A DNA stretch of 64,000 nucleotides, taken from Octopus sinensis (taxonomy: Eukaryota). The notes under the pieces are model-generated. The model was not told the origin of the DNA. It saw only the letters and a list, made by a program, of their open reading frames with translations, and made no database searches. The stretch is from NCBI RefSeq assembly GCF_006345805.1, contig NC_043011.1, positions 33,988,464-34,052,463 of the forward strand. Direction: 5' to 3'. Each line of letters begins with the position of its first letter. The first letter of the stretch is position 1. Below, one piece after another: positions 1-13,344 of the stretch. A program made the position numbers and the translations under genes.

Positions 1-1030
1 CACACAGCCACTCCTGCGCCTATAATATTCATAGTGTTTTTTATTTTTCAATTCAACAAAAAAAAAATTACTTTTACACAAACTTTAACAGGCTTTTAAC
101 TATTTTTAATAGGATATTTAGATTAATTATGCAGTTTTTGTTTTTTTTGGGTTAAATGGGATATACAGTAAACTCTCTCTTATCCAGTATCTAAATAACT
201 AGAACTATCAAACAACAAGAAAAAAGCATAAGAAGATGTGTCGCGAAGGGAGTTTACTGGATTAGCTCTAACATATATAAATAAAGATGGTTTCTGATTA
301 AGGCACACGGAAAGCAATTTTGAGGGGAGGGGGAAATGTTAACACCATCAACCCCAGAAATAAGAGGAAATAGGAAATATGGGTCCAATATAAGTTTATG
401 AATTCAATCACTAATTATGTTCTTTTATTTGTTTCAGTCATTTGACTGCGGCTATGCTGGAGCACCGCCTTTAGTCGACCCCAGGACAGTTGTCAAGTGA
501 TGGTGTGGGAACAAACACAGACACACAAACATACACACACACATATGTGACGGGCATCTTTCAGTTTCCAGATACCAAATCTACTCACAAGGATTTGGTC
601 GGCCTGAGGCTATAGTAGAAGACACTTGCCCAAGGTGCCACTCAGTGGGACTGAGCCTACTTCGTTGGGAAGTATGCTTCTTACCACACAGCCACTCCTG
701 TATATTCTATATACACATCATCATCATCATCATATAATGTCCATCTTTCATGCTGTTATAGGTTAGACAGGTAGATAGGAGCTGGCAAGCCAGAGGACTG
801 CACCAAGCCCCAATGTTTGTTTTGGTATGGATTCCTTCCTAATGCCAACCTCTTTACAGATTGAATTGGGTGCTTTTTACATAGCACCAGCATCGGTGAG
901 GTCTGTTTTGGCATGGTTTTCATGACTGGGTGCCCTTCCTAACACCAACCACTTTACACATGTAAATAAACAACAATCAAATTACCAATTATAATTGTTT
1001 TGAAAACACATTGAAAACAAAATTACATAC

Positions 1031-1056
1031 CTTGAATTGGTTCTTCTAAACTACTT
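1031..1056 (-). CDS. ITSN1: Intersectin candidate small exon, linker before SH3A (26 nt, phase 2-1)
   Basis: Long pyrimidine tract tttgtttttctatattttcag| and CAAG|gtatgt; reads R-SSLEEPIQ in frame with the 5151 donor. Confidence 0.55.
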
Positions 1057-2405
1057 CTGAAAATATAGAAAAACAAAAGGATATTGAAAACAGAAGAACA
1101 AATGTTTAATGATCACTTTCATAAACAATAATATAATAATCAAAGGAGTGGATATTCTAGGTGTTTCATTGGCTTGTAGAAATATTGACGGGGGGGGGGG
1201 GGGTGGATTTCTGGTGGTCTCAATGATGAGCATCTGAATTCACTACTAGTGAAATCAATGTATAAGTGGCTGAATATACTGCAGAGATGTGCACACTTAA
1301 CCTTTTAGCCTTCTGATTGCTCTGTCAACTGTGATACTTATTTATTAACATTGCCTTCAACTAACCATGCATTATCTCAAAGCTTCAAAATTTCATTAAC
1401 GTAATGGTTTATTTCTAGAATGACATTGTAGGATAGGTGTGAGAGGCCAGATCTGGCCAGCTTGAGCGTAAAACAGGTCAATAAGGTGGGCCAGATATGG
1501 CCGGTTAAATGCTAAGGGTCAATGTATTAGTCAACCTGAATCAGCATCAAAATTATTATTATCATTATTATTATTTAACATCCATTTTCTATACTGACAT
1601 GAGTGGAAATATGAAGATTAAAACAATGGAAGGATGACTATGTGCAGATAAAGGAAAACTGCAGACCAATAAGGTGCAACCACTCATATAATGAAGCAAA
1701 TGAAATAACTAATAAAGATTGCTAACATAATTACTGGGCCATGTAATTTTGGTGGAGTGGGGAGAGGTGGTGGGAGATAATAACACTGAATTCAGTATAT
1801 TACTGGTACTTATTTTACAGAATTGGTAATGACGAGAAATAAAGTTGACCCCAGCAGAAGTTTGTACTGGAAAAGTAAAGTGAAGTAACTCATTACATTT
1901 TGTATACACTCACCACTCAGCTGAATCTGTTAAAAAGAGACATAATATAGTTGTTATTAAGACCCAGAACAGCTGTGGTTGAATGCACCTATAATGAAGT
2001 CAAAACTGACCCAGTTGTAACTATAACATCTTTTATTCAAACATAGTGCAGCAAAGGCTACATCACCCAATTTTAAAACAGTCAAGTATAATTTGGATGA
2101 CAATAGATTGCTATTTTCAGCAGATCAAGCAACCACCATTGATAAGTGATTTCAATTCTTTGCACTTTGAGATACACAAGAGATCAAATGAAACATTATT
2201 TTTTTTAAATTTTGCATAGAACGTTAAAAGAAACAAAAAGAAAAAGATAACAGTATGGTAGACACATATCAGCTGTTCAAAAACCCATAATGATTGTTCA
2301 TTTGACTCAAACGTTGATCATTTGGTGTCAAAAATTTCATCACACCAACTGTGACCTGCTCAATGATGTGATTCCACTGCATCTACTTTGTGGTGAGGTT
2401 CTTGG

Positions 2406-2444
<39 letters not shown>

Positions 2445-2537
2445 TATAATAATAATTTTAGGGAAAATTATTCCTAACTTACAGGGAAAAATTCAATTTA
2501 GAAATACTAAATCAAATTTCACAAAATATATATATAA

Positions 2538-3010
2538 AAATTAGAAAAAAACCACCTTTTATCAATTCAAAATTAAATTATACTATCTAGAAAATTACAT
2601 ATAATAGAAATATTAAATATAAAATAACAATAATATACCGATGATTAAGTAATGTGCAAATAATAAATAAAACGTATATATTTGGTAGAATAACGACACG
2701 TGTTTCGTGGATATATTTAAGAAATAATTATAGTAAAAAAATTAGTAGTAGTAGTAAAATCACTTCCATATAAATATAGCCACCCATCAGGTTAAAAATA
2801 AACTACAACAATAAAATAATTAATTAATAAATATACGTAAATAATCTTTTAAAATATAATATATATACGTTATATTTATTATTTGCACATTACTTAATCA
2901 TCGGTATATTATTGTTATTTTATATTTAATGTTTCTATTATATATAATTTTCTAGATGGTGCAATTTAATTTTTCATTTTGAATTGATAAAAGGTGTTTT
3001 TTCTAATTTA
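2538..3010. mobile_element. Foldback element (~145-bp arms), probably Penelope-derived
   Basis: Arms 2538-2680 and 2862-3010 are imperfect reverse complements; the spacer holds the hammerhead-like motif; flanked by (TA)n. Confidence 0.65.
2691..2794 (-). ncRNA. Minimal Penelope-type type I hammerhead-like motif (A9G variant, 69-nt loop II)
   Basis: TAAC-CTGATGG-GTGG[69 nt]CCAC-GAA-AC ACGT GT-C-GTTA: 4 bp helix I, 4 bp helix II, 2 bp helix III with a palindromic tetraloop, GUC triplet. Confidence 0.5.
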
Positions 3011-3272
3011 TATATATATATATATATATATATATCATTATCATCATCATCCATGCTGGCATGGATTGGACAGTTTGACCAGGCTGGCATGCTGGAGGGC
3101 TGCACTAGACTCCAGCCTGATTTGGCACGGTTTTCTAAGGTCGGATGCCCTTCCTAATGCCAACCACTCTTTGAAGGTAATGGGTGCTTTTACATGCCAC
3201 TGGCAAGGGTGCCAATTTGCATCACACTAGTATCTACCATGACTGCGATTTTGTTCAGCTTGATGGATCTTC

Positions 3273-3303
<31 letters not shown>

Positions 3304-5150
3304 ATATATATATCGGTTCCAGGGTTATGAAAAGAAAACTGTTTTAACAATTAAAAAGATTTGGAAAAAATAAAGAAAAAAATATTTTTACCTTGTTTTA
3401 TCAATCATGCTTCAGTAAAAGAAAATTACAAATAACACATTTTTAAAGACATTCAAGCATTAAATGGACTTTCTAAGGCCCTTATATTTTATTTTTAAAA
3501 ATCTATATTGTATCTATAGATACAGTTTGTAAACTACAGATGTAGACAGAGAGAGGTTTTATCATTGATTTGAATAGCATAATGTTGATAAAAGTCTTCA
3601 ATAAGTTGCACTTCATCAGTTATGACAACGAAAGTTCCATTTAATCTGATCAACACAACACAAATTAACATGCAAGTGGCTAAGCACTCCACAGACACAT
3701 GTACCCTTAACATAGTTCTCAGGGGGATTCAGCATGACAGAGAGTGTGACAAGGCTGGCCCTTTGAAATACAGGTACTACTCATTTTTTACAGCTGAGTG
3801 CAATATGAAATAAAGTGACTTGCTCAAGGACACAACACATCACGGGGAATTGAACTCATGACCTTATGATCACGAGCTGAATAACCTAACCATTAAGCCA
3901 CTTTGATAAAGGTAATTCAAAGAGAATTGACAATAGGGATTTCTTGTTGTTTCCGTAAGAAGATAGAGGTGAAGAATGTCTTCCAGCTGAGATCATTAAT
4001 GGAGTGAAAGATAACAGAGCCGTGCATGAGAGTTCAATCTCAAAGTGTTAAAGGAACATTCAAAAATAAGGTATGCCTTATATTTCTGGTTTCTGCTGTA
4101 TCTTAGGAGGGTCATTATGCTAATGTGTGTATTAATCAGCATAATGAACTTCTCAAAATACAGCAAAATCTGTTTCAATACACAAGTTCACAACAAGAAT
4201 CTTGCAAACTAATTACAAAAATGAAATATTTTTGTTTCTACTTTTTTTTTCAATCAAGGGTCTGCTGCCATGCTGGGGTATCATTTTCATCACTTTCAGC
4301 TAATTATATTGACACCTAGTTCTTTGACTGGTATATATTTTAGCAATCATGGAGGAGCTAAAATGGCAGCTAAGACAAGTCAATACACCATATGATACAC
4401 TTTTGCCACCACATGCCTCTACACACACACACACAGACTATCATTATCATTTAACATCCAGGCAGAATTTGCTCAGGAAGATATTCTATGGTTGGATGCC
4501 CTTTCTGTTGCCAACCCTCACCTGTTTCCAAGTAAGGTAATATTTCCCCACTGACTAAACATATTTTTCAAGGAAGACTGGAAATGAACAACCTCACTTG
4601 TATGATAGTGATACTCATTTACAACAATCATGTGATGTCTAGACATGGGTATGCAACACACACACACACAAACAGGCTTCTTTCAGTTTCTGCCTACAAA
4701 ATCCACTTACAAGGCTTTGGCTAGCCTGGGTCTATAGTATAAGATACTTGCCCAAGGTACCATGCAGTGGGACTGAACCAAAGACCATATGGTTGAGAAG
4801 CAAGTTTCTCAGCTACACAGCCAGCCTGTGTGTAAACCACACCTAAGCCCACTCCTACCCCTGCACACACATACAGACATCTAAGAGGCTTCCATACAGT
4901 TTCCACCATGTTAACCTTACCCTCGGTTAATATGCACACTGGGATTGAAACTAGAATCACATGGCTGTGAAGTAAACTTCTTAACCCCACAAGAATCCTG
5001 CTGCCTGTCCCATGATTATTTAGGAAAATGTTCAAGGGTGGGGGGAATATAATTTTGTGTAAATTAAAATGAATAAAAATGATGAATTTAAGATGAAAAA
5101 ATTTAAAAAAAGGAGTGTTGAGCAGGGGAGTATATTGTTTTGTTGCAAAC

Positions 5151-5263
5151 CTTTGAATTCCTTCTTTTAATTTATCTGGTCTTGAATGTTTGGCAACATT
5201 CTTCTTCTGTTGAAGTTTCTTCATCAGGTCACTCTGCAATTCAGTTACTTGTTTATTCAGTCC
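5151..5263 (-). CDS. ITSN1: Intersectin exon, end of coiled coil (113 nt, phase 0-2)
   Basis: gttttctacacag|...CAAAG|gtttgc; reads GLNKQVTELQSDLMKKLQQKKNVAKHSRPDKLKEGIQ-R. The donor is weak but is the only plausible one. Confidence 0.8.
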
Positions 5264-5499
5264 CTGTGTAGAAAACAAACAGCATAGAGTATGTATGCAT
5301 GGATAGGTTGGTTGACAGGAGCCGGCCAAGTAGAAAACTACCCCAGGCTTCTGTGTCTGTTTTGGCAGGATTTTTACAGCTGGATGCCCTTCCTAACATC
5401 AACCTCTCTGCAGAATGGATTCAGTGCTTTTTATAGAGCACTAGCACAGGTGAGGTTAGTTTTGGCATGGTTTTTATATGCAATGGGCATAAATATATA

Positions 5500-5517
5500 T
5501 GCGTGTGTATACATGTA

Positions 5518-5576
<59 letters not shown>

Positions 5577-5867
5577 CAGAGATGTACTTGCATGGCAAGT
5601 GACTTGATATGGGATCATATGCTGGAAGGAAAACAACTGCAGTGTGGAAGATGTTTATCAGCCATTTAAAACACACAAAAACCATTAGATTCACTTCAAC
5701 ATTTAAATTTAATTTGTCAAAATTATGCAGCACGGAATTTTGTCAGTAAACAGGTCATGGTCTCAAAGCGATGAAAATATTTTGGCAAATTAAATTTAAA
5801 TGCTGAAATTAATCTAACGGTGTTTGTGTGTTTTAAATGGCTTATAAACACCTTCCATGCTTCAATT

Positions 5868-5906
<39 letters not shown>

Positions 5907-6054
5907 TTTATATGTATGATACATATACATATATACATGTGTGTATGTTTGCGTATATGTGTGTGTATGCATGCATGTGTATATGCGTGTGTGTGTATAT
6001 ATACATATATATATATATACATATATATACATATATATATACATATATATATAC

Positions 6055-6137
<83 letters not shown>

Positions 6138-6245
6138 ACTTACTACCCAGCCTTGCTCAGTAAAGTATTCATGGAATTTTTTCCAGTTTGTAGAATGGGA
6201 ATTCACGGTACTTAATCATGCGTGTGTGTGTATATATATATATAT
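5500..6245. repeat. Representative (AT)n/(TG)n microsatellite field
   Basis: Long perfect AT runs; dozens of similar tracts occur across the window (e.g. 10730-11090, 47830-48110, 50700-51290). Confidence 0.95.
5645..5857. mobile_element. Foldback/MITE-like element (~79-bp arms)
   Basis: tggaagatgtttatcagccatttaaaacacac...gtcaaaat vs attttggc...gtgtgttttaaatggcttataaacaccttcca; right end abuts (TA)n. Confidence 0.8.
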
Positions 6246-7086
6246 TTAACCTAACTTGTGGACTTATTTAATTGGAACTATCCAAACAATAGTAATCAAT
6301 TTATATGAGTAGAAGCTTTTTTTAAAACAATTTTTATCCTGAAAATCACTTGTTACGTTTGTTTTTAAGTGAAAGAGAGGAGAGAGTGAAAGATGTATGA
6401 ACATGAATATGAAATGGACATATGTGTGTACGAGAGAGAGAGAGAGACAGAGCTACTTACACATACATGAGAACACACACATTCATTCACTTACATAGAC
6501 ACACACACACACTCTCTATCTCTATCTCTACACACACATTCATTCACTTACATAGACACACACGCACACTCTCTATCTCTATCTCTCTCTCTCTCTCATC
6601 CATTTCATATACACGTACATACATCTTTCACTTTCTCCACTCTTTCACTTTAAAACAAAAGTAAATGAAATTAACGAACTCCGGATGATGAAATCACATT
6701 CAGTTAAAAATATTTCTAAATGATTAAAATATTGTGCATGTCAAAAGTCAAAGGTTTTCTTTTTCTCAGAGAGGGCAAAAACAATGTGTGCGTATGTCAC
6801 AGATAGCGAATGCGCATTTGTGTTGATTGACAGGAGATGACATTCATTATATGTGTGCGGATTCTGTATGTGTGTCAATGTCATGGAAGTCATGAATTTT
6901 TTTTTGCATCAAGAAATAACAAAAATTGTGTTTAATCATTCAAATAGAGGTTCAAATGTCACAAAACTTTGTACTGCACTGCCAAAGGTAAGTATGAAAA
7001 TAAATATGTAAAAGAAATTAAGATAAAACATACAATTTCTGAGATATTTCAGTTTCACACAAACATCCCTACAGTTTTAGTATTAT

Positions 7087-7141
<55 letters not shown>

Positions 7142-7327
7142 AGGAGGAAAACAAGATAGCAATGATAATAATGTGGGATGATAACAATAAGGAAAAACTA
7201 CTGAGTAAGAAGAAGAGGAAAATGAGGAAGTGATGGTCATGGAAGAAGTGTGATAAAAGTGATGGTGATGTCAATGATGTTGATGATGGTACCATCATGT
7301 AGCTTTCTGTCTGATTCAGATACTTAC

Positions 7328-7467
7328 ATTGAGTTCTGCAGTGGCATTTTCAATGTCAAGAAGTTTCGATTTGGCTTCTTTCTCCATTTCATCCAGTTCC
7401 CTGGTCAATTTTTCGATTGCATTCTTCTTCATTTCAACTCCATGCGACAGGGTTCGATGCATTTCAG
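7328..7467 (-). CDS. ITSN1: Intersectin coiled-coil exon (140 nt, phase 1-0)
   Basis: tttcttcttgcag|...AAT|gtaagt; reads S-EMHRTLSHGVEMKKNAIEKLTRELDEMEKEAKSKLLDIENATAELN (cf. vertebrate LDEVEKETRSKLQEID). Confidence 0.93.
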
Positions 7468-8923
7468 CTGCAAGAAGAAAATAAAAGAAATTAGCCGTTA
7501 CATCATGTATATTGCAACTTTAGTGAAGGTGCATGACCTAATGGTTAGGGCATTACCAGGGCCGGATTAGGATCCATAGAGGTCCTAAGCACTTATAAGA
7601 TTTCAGTGCCCTCATATATGTGTAATTTGAAATACAATTAGAGGTTAAAATCGCCTCATTAAGGGATAGTATTTTCCAATGAATTACTGGTTCATTTTTT
7701 TTTGAGAATAATAATATTCATAAAATAAAAGGTCCAAATATAAATCTAAGTTTATACTTATTCAAAAGAAAATTAAGAAAATTGAGATATAGCACTAATA
7801 CAATTTATTATCTGCAAAAATCCAAAAGAGAATATGTTGGATTTTTGCAGATAATAAATTATATTAATGCTTTATCTTCCATTTTCTTAATTTTCCTTTT
7901 GATATGAAATTTAAACAATACTAAAACATTAAATAAATAAATTTTTCTGATGATACAAACCACTTTAAATATTATTTTAGCAAGTTTAAAAGGATTTCTT
8001 TTGTTCCATAAACTATTTACCATTTCTATTTCTGTGGTGTCCCTATTTCCCTTGATGTCCAAAGCATGTAATTATTTCTCATAGAAAATGTTGCAAAAAA
8101 TTAGCCCAGGTCCAAAATGTGAATTTGGCCCTGGATTGTTTTAATGCTTGATAACTCTTTAGTATTCAGATTATTCTGTCGAATGTTAAGCTTATTTATT
8201 CACACTGTTTAGAATTAATCATGCATTATCTCATTGCTTTGCGATTTCAATAATATGATTGTATATTTTTAAAATGACATAGTTAGATAAGTACGAGGGG
8301 CCAGGTCTGATTGGTTTGAACATAAAACAAGTAGAATACTCAGATCAGACAAGGCCTGTTTAAATGCTAAAGGGTTAACAGTTAATCCAGTGCTAGATGT
8401 TACACTCACGACTGCAAGATTGTGAATTTGATTCTCAGACCAGAAGTCAGGATGGCCTTTGTGTTCTTGAGTAACCCTGCAACAAATTGATGTCCCATTC
8501 AAGAGGTAATGTTGTGCTTTAGATCCATTGTATGCCATGGAAACTGGGTCACTGTCCCCATCAGAACTAAGGACTCGAGACAGTGATGTCCAAGGGTTGA
8601 TGAGGACCGATGGTCATATTGTTTAACCACAAGCCACCCTGATCAAGTAGACCAATAATTGAAGACATTCCAGCCATGGCCATCTCCACTTTTATGAAAC
8701 TATATCTAGGACCACTTTATCCAATCTGTTCTCCTTTGAAGAGAGAAACTTGGATGTTATTACATGCAAGATGACTAGTTGCAGAGAGCAACTCACTTGC
8801 TGGCACATGTTGTCTTGAAGACTTGGTTCATTAGTGATAATGAAAATTATGTGGCTTTTTGTTGTTGTTTTTTTAAAGACACATATTCAAGAAAGAGGAC
8901 CTTCTTGGATATAAGTATTTTAA

Positions 8924-9145
8924 CCCTTTTGATACCAACCTGGCTGAAACTGTTTCTATCTCTGTAGTACAAATGTATTGTTTTCAAAAGTTCTGAATAA
9001 AAATCTTCCGCCAAACCTTAGTCACAACTTATGTTCTTAACACTAGCTTAATGATAACTAACTTATTTTACAAAATTCTTTGTTATATTTAAAATTAATT
9101 GAAAGAAACACAGAGCATCTTAAAAGAAATATGGCAACAAAAGGG
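8924..9145. mobile_element. piggyBac-like non-autonomous element (TTAA target)
   Basis: TTAA|CCCTTTTG...CAAAAGGG|TTAA termini; relatives near 1300-1520, 8155-8378 and 20209-20420. Confidence 0.8.
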
Positions 9146-9450
9146 TTAAGGCAATCACTTGTAAGAAACTCCAGTTTAATCACAAACAGGTGAAACCTTA
9201 AAATTTGAAGTTCTCATTTACAGAACTTACAATTTAAGACACAAAGAAATGCAAAAGAAACCTGCCCCCAGGTTCTAAATTAGCAAAACCTACACACACA
9301 TATACACATAAAGCATTGCAGAATTTCCTAATGTTTTAATAGTGAACTATTTAAAATTGGAAAATAAAAACGACAAACTTGAGATGATGAAAGTAAATGA
9401 ATGAACAAAACATAAGACTGAAACAACAAATGTGAAGAAGTAATACATAC

Positions 9451-9535
9451 AGGCTGGTGTTGAACCGGCCGTTTCAACTTTCAAATTGAGCTGCTCTTTT
9501 TGTTGCTGTAATAATAAATACTTCTGACTGAGATC
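9451..9535 (-). CDS. ITSN1: Intersectin coiled-coil exon (85 nt, phase 0-1)
   Basis: ttcttcttctatag|...GCCT|gtatgt; reads DLSQKYLLLQQQKEQLNLKVETAGSTPA-S; not in the ORF track. Confidence 0.9.
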
Positions 9536-10361
9536 CTATAGAAGAAGAAGAAGAAAATAAAGAAATGAGACAATCGCTACAGAATTTTGTTGCTGCTGTT
9601 GTTGTTGTTATGAATTATTATTATTAAGACAGTGATCAAGCAAAACCATTAGCATGCTGGGCAAACTGCTTCGCAGCTTTTTGCCTGGCTTTATGTTCCG
9701 TGTTCAAATCCTACCAAGGTCAACTTTGCCTTTCTTCCTTTCAGGGTTGATGAAATAAATATCAGTTGAGACCTGGGGTTGATGTAATCGAAATCACTGG
9801 CCTTCTGCCAAACTTTGAAATCATTATTATTATTATTATTATGACCGCCGCTGCCGATTTGCTCGACTAAAGACAGTGCTCCAGAAGTTTGCTTTGCAAC
9901 CATGTGGTTTCAGGTTCAGTCCTACTGTGCAACATCTTTGGCCAGTGTCTTCTACAATAGTCCCAGGCCCACCAATGCCTTGGGAGTGAATTTAGTAGAT
10001 GGAGACTGTGGGGAAGCCTACTGTGTGTATGTGTTTGCCTGTGTGCATGTGTGTGTGTGTGTGTTTACTTATTCCCGTGTGTTCGCCACACCCACCCAAC
10101 TATTTGACAACCAGTATTGGTTTATTTTCATTCTTGTAACTTAGCAGTTCAGCAAAAAAATCTAATAGAATAAGTACTAGACTTACACAAAAATTTTTTA
10201 AATTACAAGAACTAGAGTCGATTTCTTCAGACAAAACCCATCAAGGAGGTACCCCAGCATGGCCACAGCCCAAAGATTGAAACAAGTAAATGATAAGGGA
10301 ACAGTAACTGAATAAGAGAAATAGGTATGTAAATGCAAATGTCTTGATGAAAAGTACTTAC

Positions 10362-10502
10362 CTGCAACTGTAGTTGAAACCTCTCAATATCAGCTAATTT
10401 CAAGTCCCTGGATTGACGCATCCTTTCAATGCTCGTTGTGAAGTCAGCGACCCCATTGCGAACTTGGGTAATCTTCTGAGCAAGTTCACTTTTTTTACCC
10501 TC
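10362..10502 (-). CDS. ITSN1: Intersectin coiled-coil exon (141 nt, phase 0-0)
   Basis: atatgcag|...CAG|gtaagt; reads EGKKSELAQKITQVRNGVADFTTSIERMRQSRDLKLADIERFQLQLQ. Confidence 0.93.
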
Positions 10503-10768
10503 CTGCATATATATGAAATACATATATTACACAAATGCATAAACCTATATTTGTGTGTGTGTGTGTACATTTACACACAAATGCATACATACATAGACAC
10601 ACACACAAACAAACACATATCTATATATACATGTATACAAACATGAACAATAGAATTTGACCAACATTAACTTTTCATAATTTATGCGTGTGTGTATGTG
10701 TACCATATGCACACACACATAGTTACAGACATATATATATATACACACACAGACGGATATTCATATAT

Positions 10769-10845
<77 letters not shown>

Positions 10846-10949
10846 GTGTGTGTTTGAAGTGGTGTACAAATATTGTATATTAAGAAAACGGAGGCAGTCA
10901 GAATTTTGGAAAATCAACACTTTCGTTCATTTAACCAAACTCTTCAAGA

Positions 10950-11008
<59 letters not shown>

Positions 11009-11017
11009 TATGTATTC

Positions 11018-11049
<32 letters not shown>

Positions 11050-11859
11050 ACATGCTTATACACATATGTAATATAAATATATATATATTAATTAAAAACC
11101 TAGACAAACTGCTTCAACATCTCTCCAAAAGTAGGAAATTACCAAGCATCATTAAAATATTATTATTACTGTGGTATATAAGTTTTAGAGAGAACAGAGG
11201 AGCAGTTACATCAGGAAATTGAGAGAGGCTCTTGGAAGTGTTGAGATAATACAATTACCATAAAGACCCATGTAATTTGTGCACCTCAGTAATTTACGCA
11301 GGTGATTTTCAGGATAAAAATTGTTAAAAAAAAGCTTCTACTCATGTAAAATTCACACCCAAATGTTTTCAGAATTGCTGATATAGCCAGGGGAAAAAAG
11401 TTTTCAATTTAGTTATACTTAACATAATTTCACTTACTTATGATTAGATTTTATTAAATTTTCATTAAATAAAAATAATTTCTGTTCAACAGGTATCACA
11501 CTGAAAGCTATTAAACTACTAAGTGTTTATAATAAACTCTATTTTACATTTCTTGCCCAGAAGAGATTATGTCCAGTTTTTAGCATGCTTCTCTTTACAT
11601 CACATGACCAACAGACTGCTTTTCTACGTCACCACCAACCAGTACATCAACTTGTCATCTACAGATCAACAGTCCAGCCGAATATGAAATCTCTCTCTCA
11701 CACATCCTTACAGTAACCTATTTGGTTATATTATTTCATGTATGGCAATCATTGTATTTTATAATAGATAATAAATCATCGCTTGGGGTGACCTGCTGTG
11801 CTTGAGGAGACCTATTGAATCAAGTACATCAACATCAAAATAAAAATCAAATGGAAAGT

Positions 11860-12190
11860 GTAGTTGTGATACCCGTGCCGGTGGCACGTAAAAAGCACCA
11901 TCCGAACGTGGCCGATGCCAGCGCCCCCTTGACTGGCTTCTATGCCGGTAGCACATAAAAAGCACCAACCGATCGTGGCCATTGCCAGCTTCGTCTGGCC
12001 CCTGTGCTGGTGGCATGTAAAAAACACCCACTACACTCACAGAGTGGTTGGCATTAGGAAGGGTATCCAGCTGTAGAAACACTGCCAAATCAGACTGGAG
12101 CCTGGTGCAGCCTCCTGGCTTCCCAGACCCTGGTCGAACAGTCCAACCCATGCTAGCATGGAAAACAGACGTTAAACGATGATGATGCTT
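11860..12190 (+). mobile_element. RTE-tail family repeat (ends gttaaacgatgatgatg)
   Basis: Same sequence in opposite orientation near 718-960, 3037-3260, 15165-15500, 34028-34215, 56885-57015 and 63060-63190. Confidence 0.8.
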
Positions 12191-13344
12191 ATCAGTTTAT
12201 TTCCATCTTATGTTGTATATCATTTTTATATGCTTTTCTTATTCACAATTATCATGGTAAGTGGTGACTCCAAGCATCAATACATGGTCCCATTGTAATT
12301 GTTGTACATAAAAGTTTTAAAATTGTTTGTTGTTTTAGTTATGTTCAGGAAAATCATATTTTAGACATAATTGCGACGGTAGCTCACAGCAATGTCAAGA
12401 ATGGTAGAAGTCAGGATGTAAATTGTAAACATTTACATCCTTTTCCTTACCATCCCTAACAATCTTACCAATCACACAACAAAACAAGAAAAACAGATAA
12501 AAGTAAAACCATACAATTGAGATTATCCATATCACTATGTCAATGGTGCTCCATTGTGATAGGTAGAAACTCCAAGCAATGTAAAATATGACCTGGACTG
12601 TGATTACCAGCATTAACATCAAACTTCAAAAAATAGTTAACCATGTAATGGTTTCAGTAAATTTATACAGAAAAAGTAAACATTATATCATCCAGCATAA
12701 ATAAAAGTCAACTTTATTATATTTTTTTCTATAAAAACCTATTCTGACATTAACTGAGTCAACTTCCAGTACGAATGTTTACATTTGTACATCATTTTTC
12801 AACAAACAAAATTTCTAAAAAAATTCTGGAAATGATCTACTCATGTAATTTACACATGCCACTAAGATTTATTTTTGTTTTTGCAAAAAAAGTGCATAAA
12901 TTACATGGTTTTTATGGTAATAAAGGAAGAACAGAAATGAGAAAGAAAAATGAAAGTAGGCTGGTATAGTTATCAATTATATCGGTTACAATTATTGATG
13001 GTGGTGAATACTTATGATAGAAGTGAACTATTATCATCAACGACACCCAAAGAAGGTATATATTAAATGATGTAAAATATAATATTATCAACACAGCAAG
13101 ATTTTACTGTGATAATAAAGACTTTGCAATGGATGCACACCAGAAACATACAAAATATTATTCGGTAAAACAGTCTCTTAAGAAAAAGAACAAATTACAT
13201 GTTGACACAAAATATACAAAACATGCATAAGGCACTTGTTCCATAGACCCAAATAGATAACGACCTTATAATACACACTCTATTGTATTTGAGTTAATTT
13301 TTATAAACACCTACAAAACAAATCATACTGCCAACACACAGCAT

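Noticed and set aside
1709-1909. 66-aa ORF with an acceptor-like site at 1867
   Set aside because: Sequence resembles a decayed SINE (gtcaactt...aaataagtaccagt); no SH3 similarity and no good donor.
6770-6987. Plus-strand segment with a good acceptor and CAAAG|gtaagt donor
   Set aside because: All three frames close within ~75 nt and no partner exons were found; an antisense non-coding exon cannot be excluded without RNA data.
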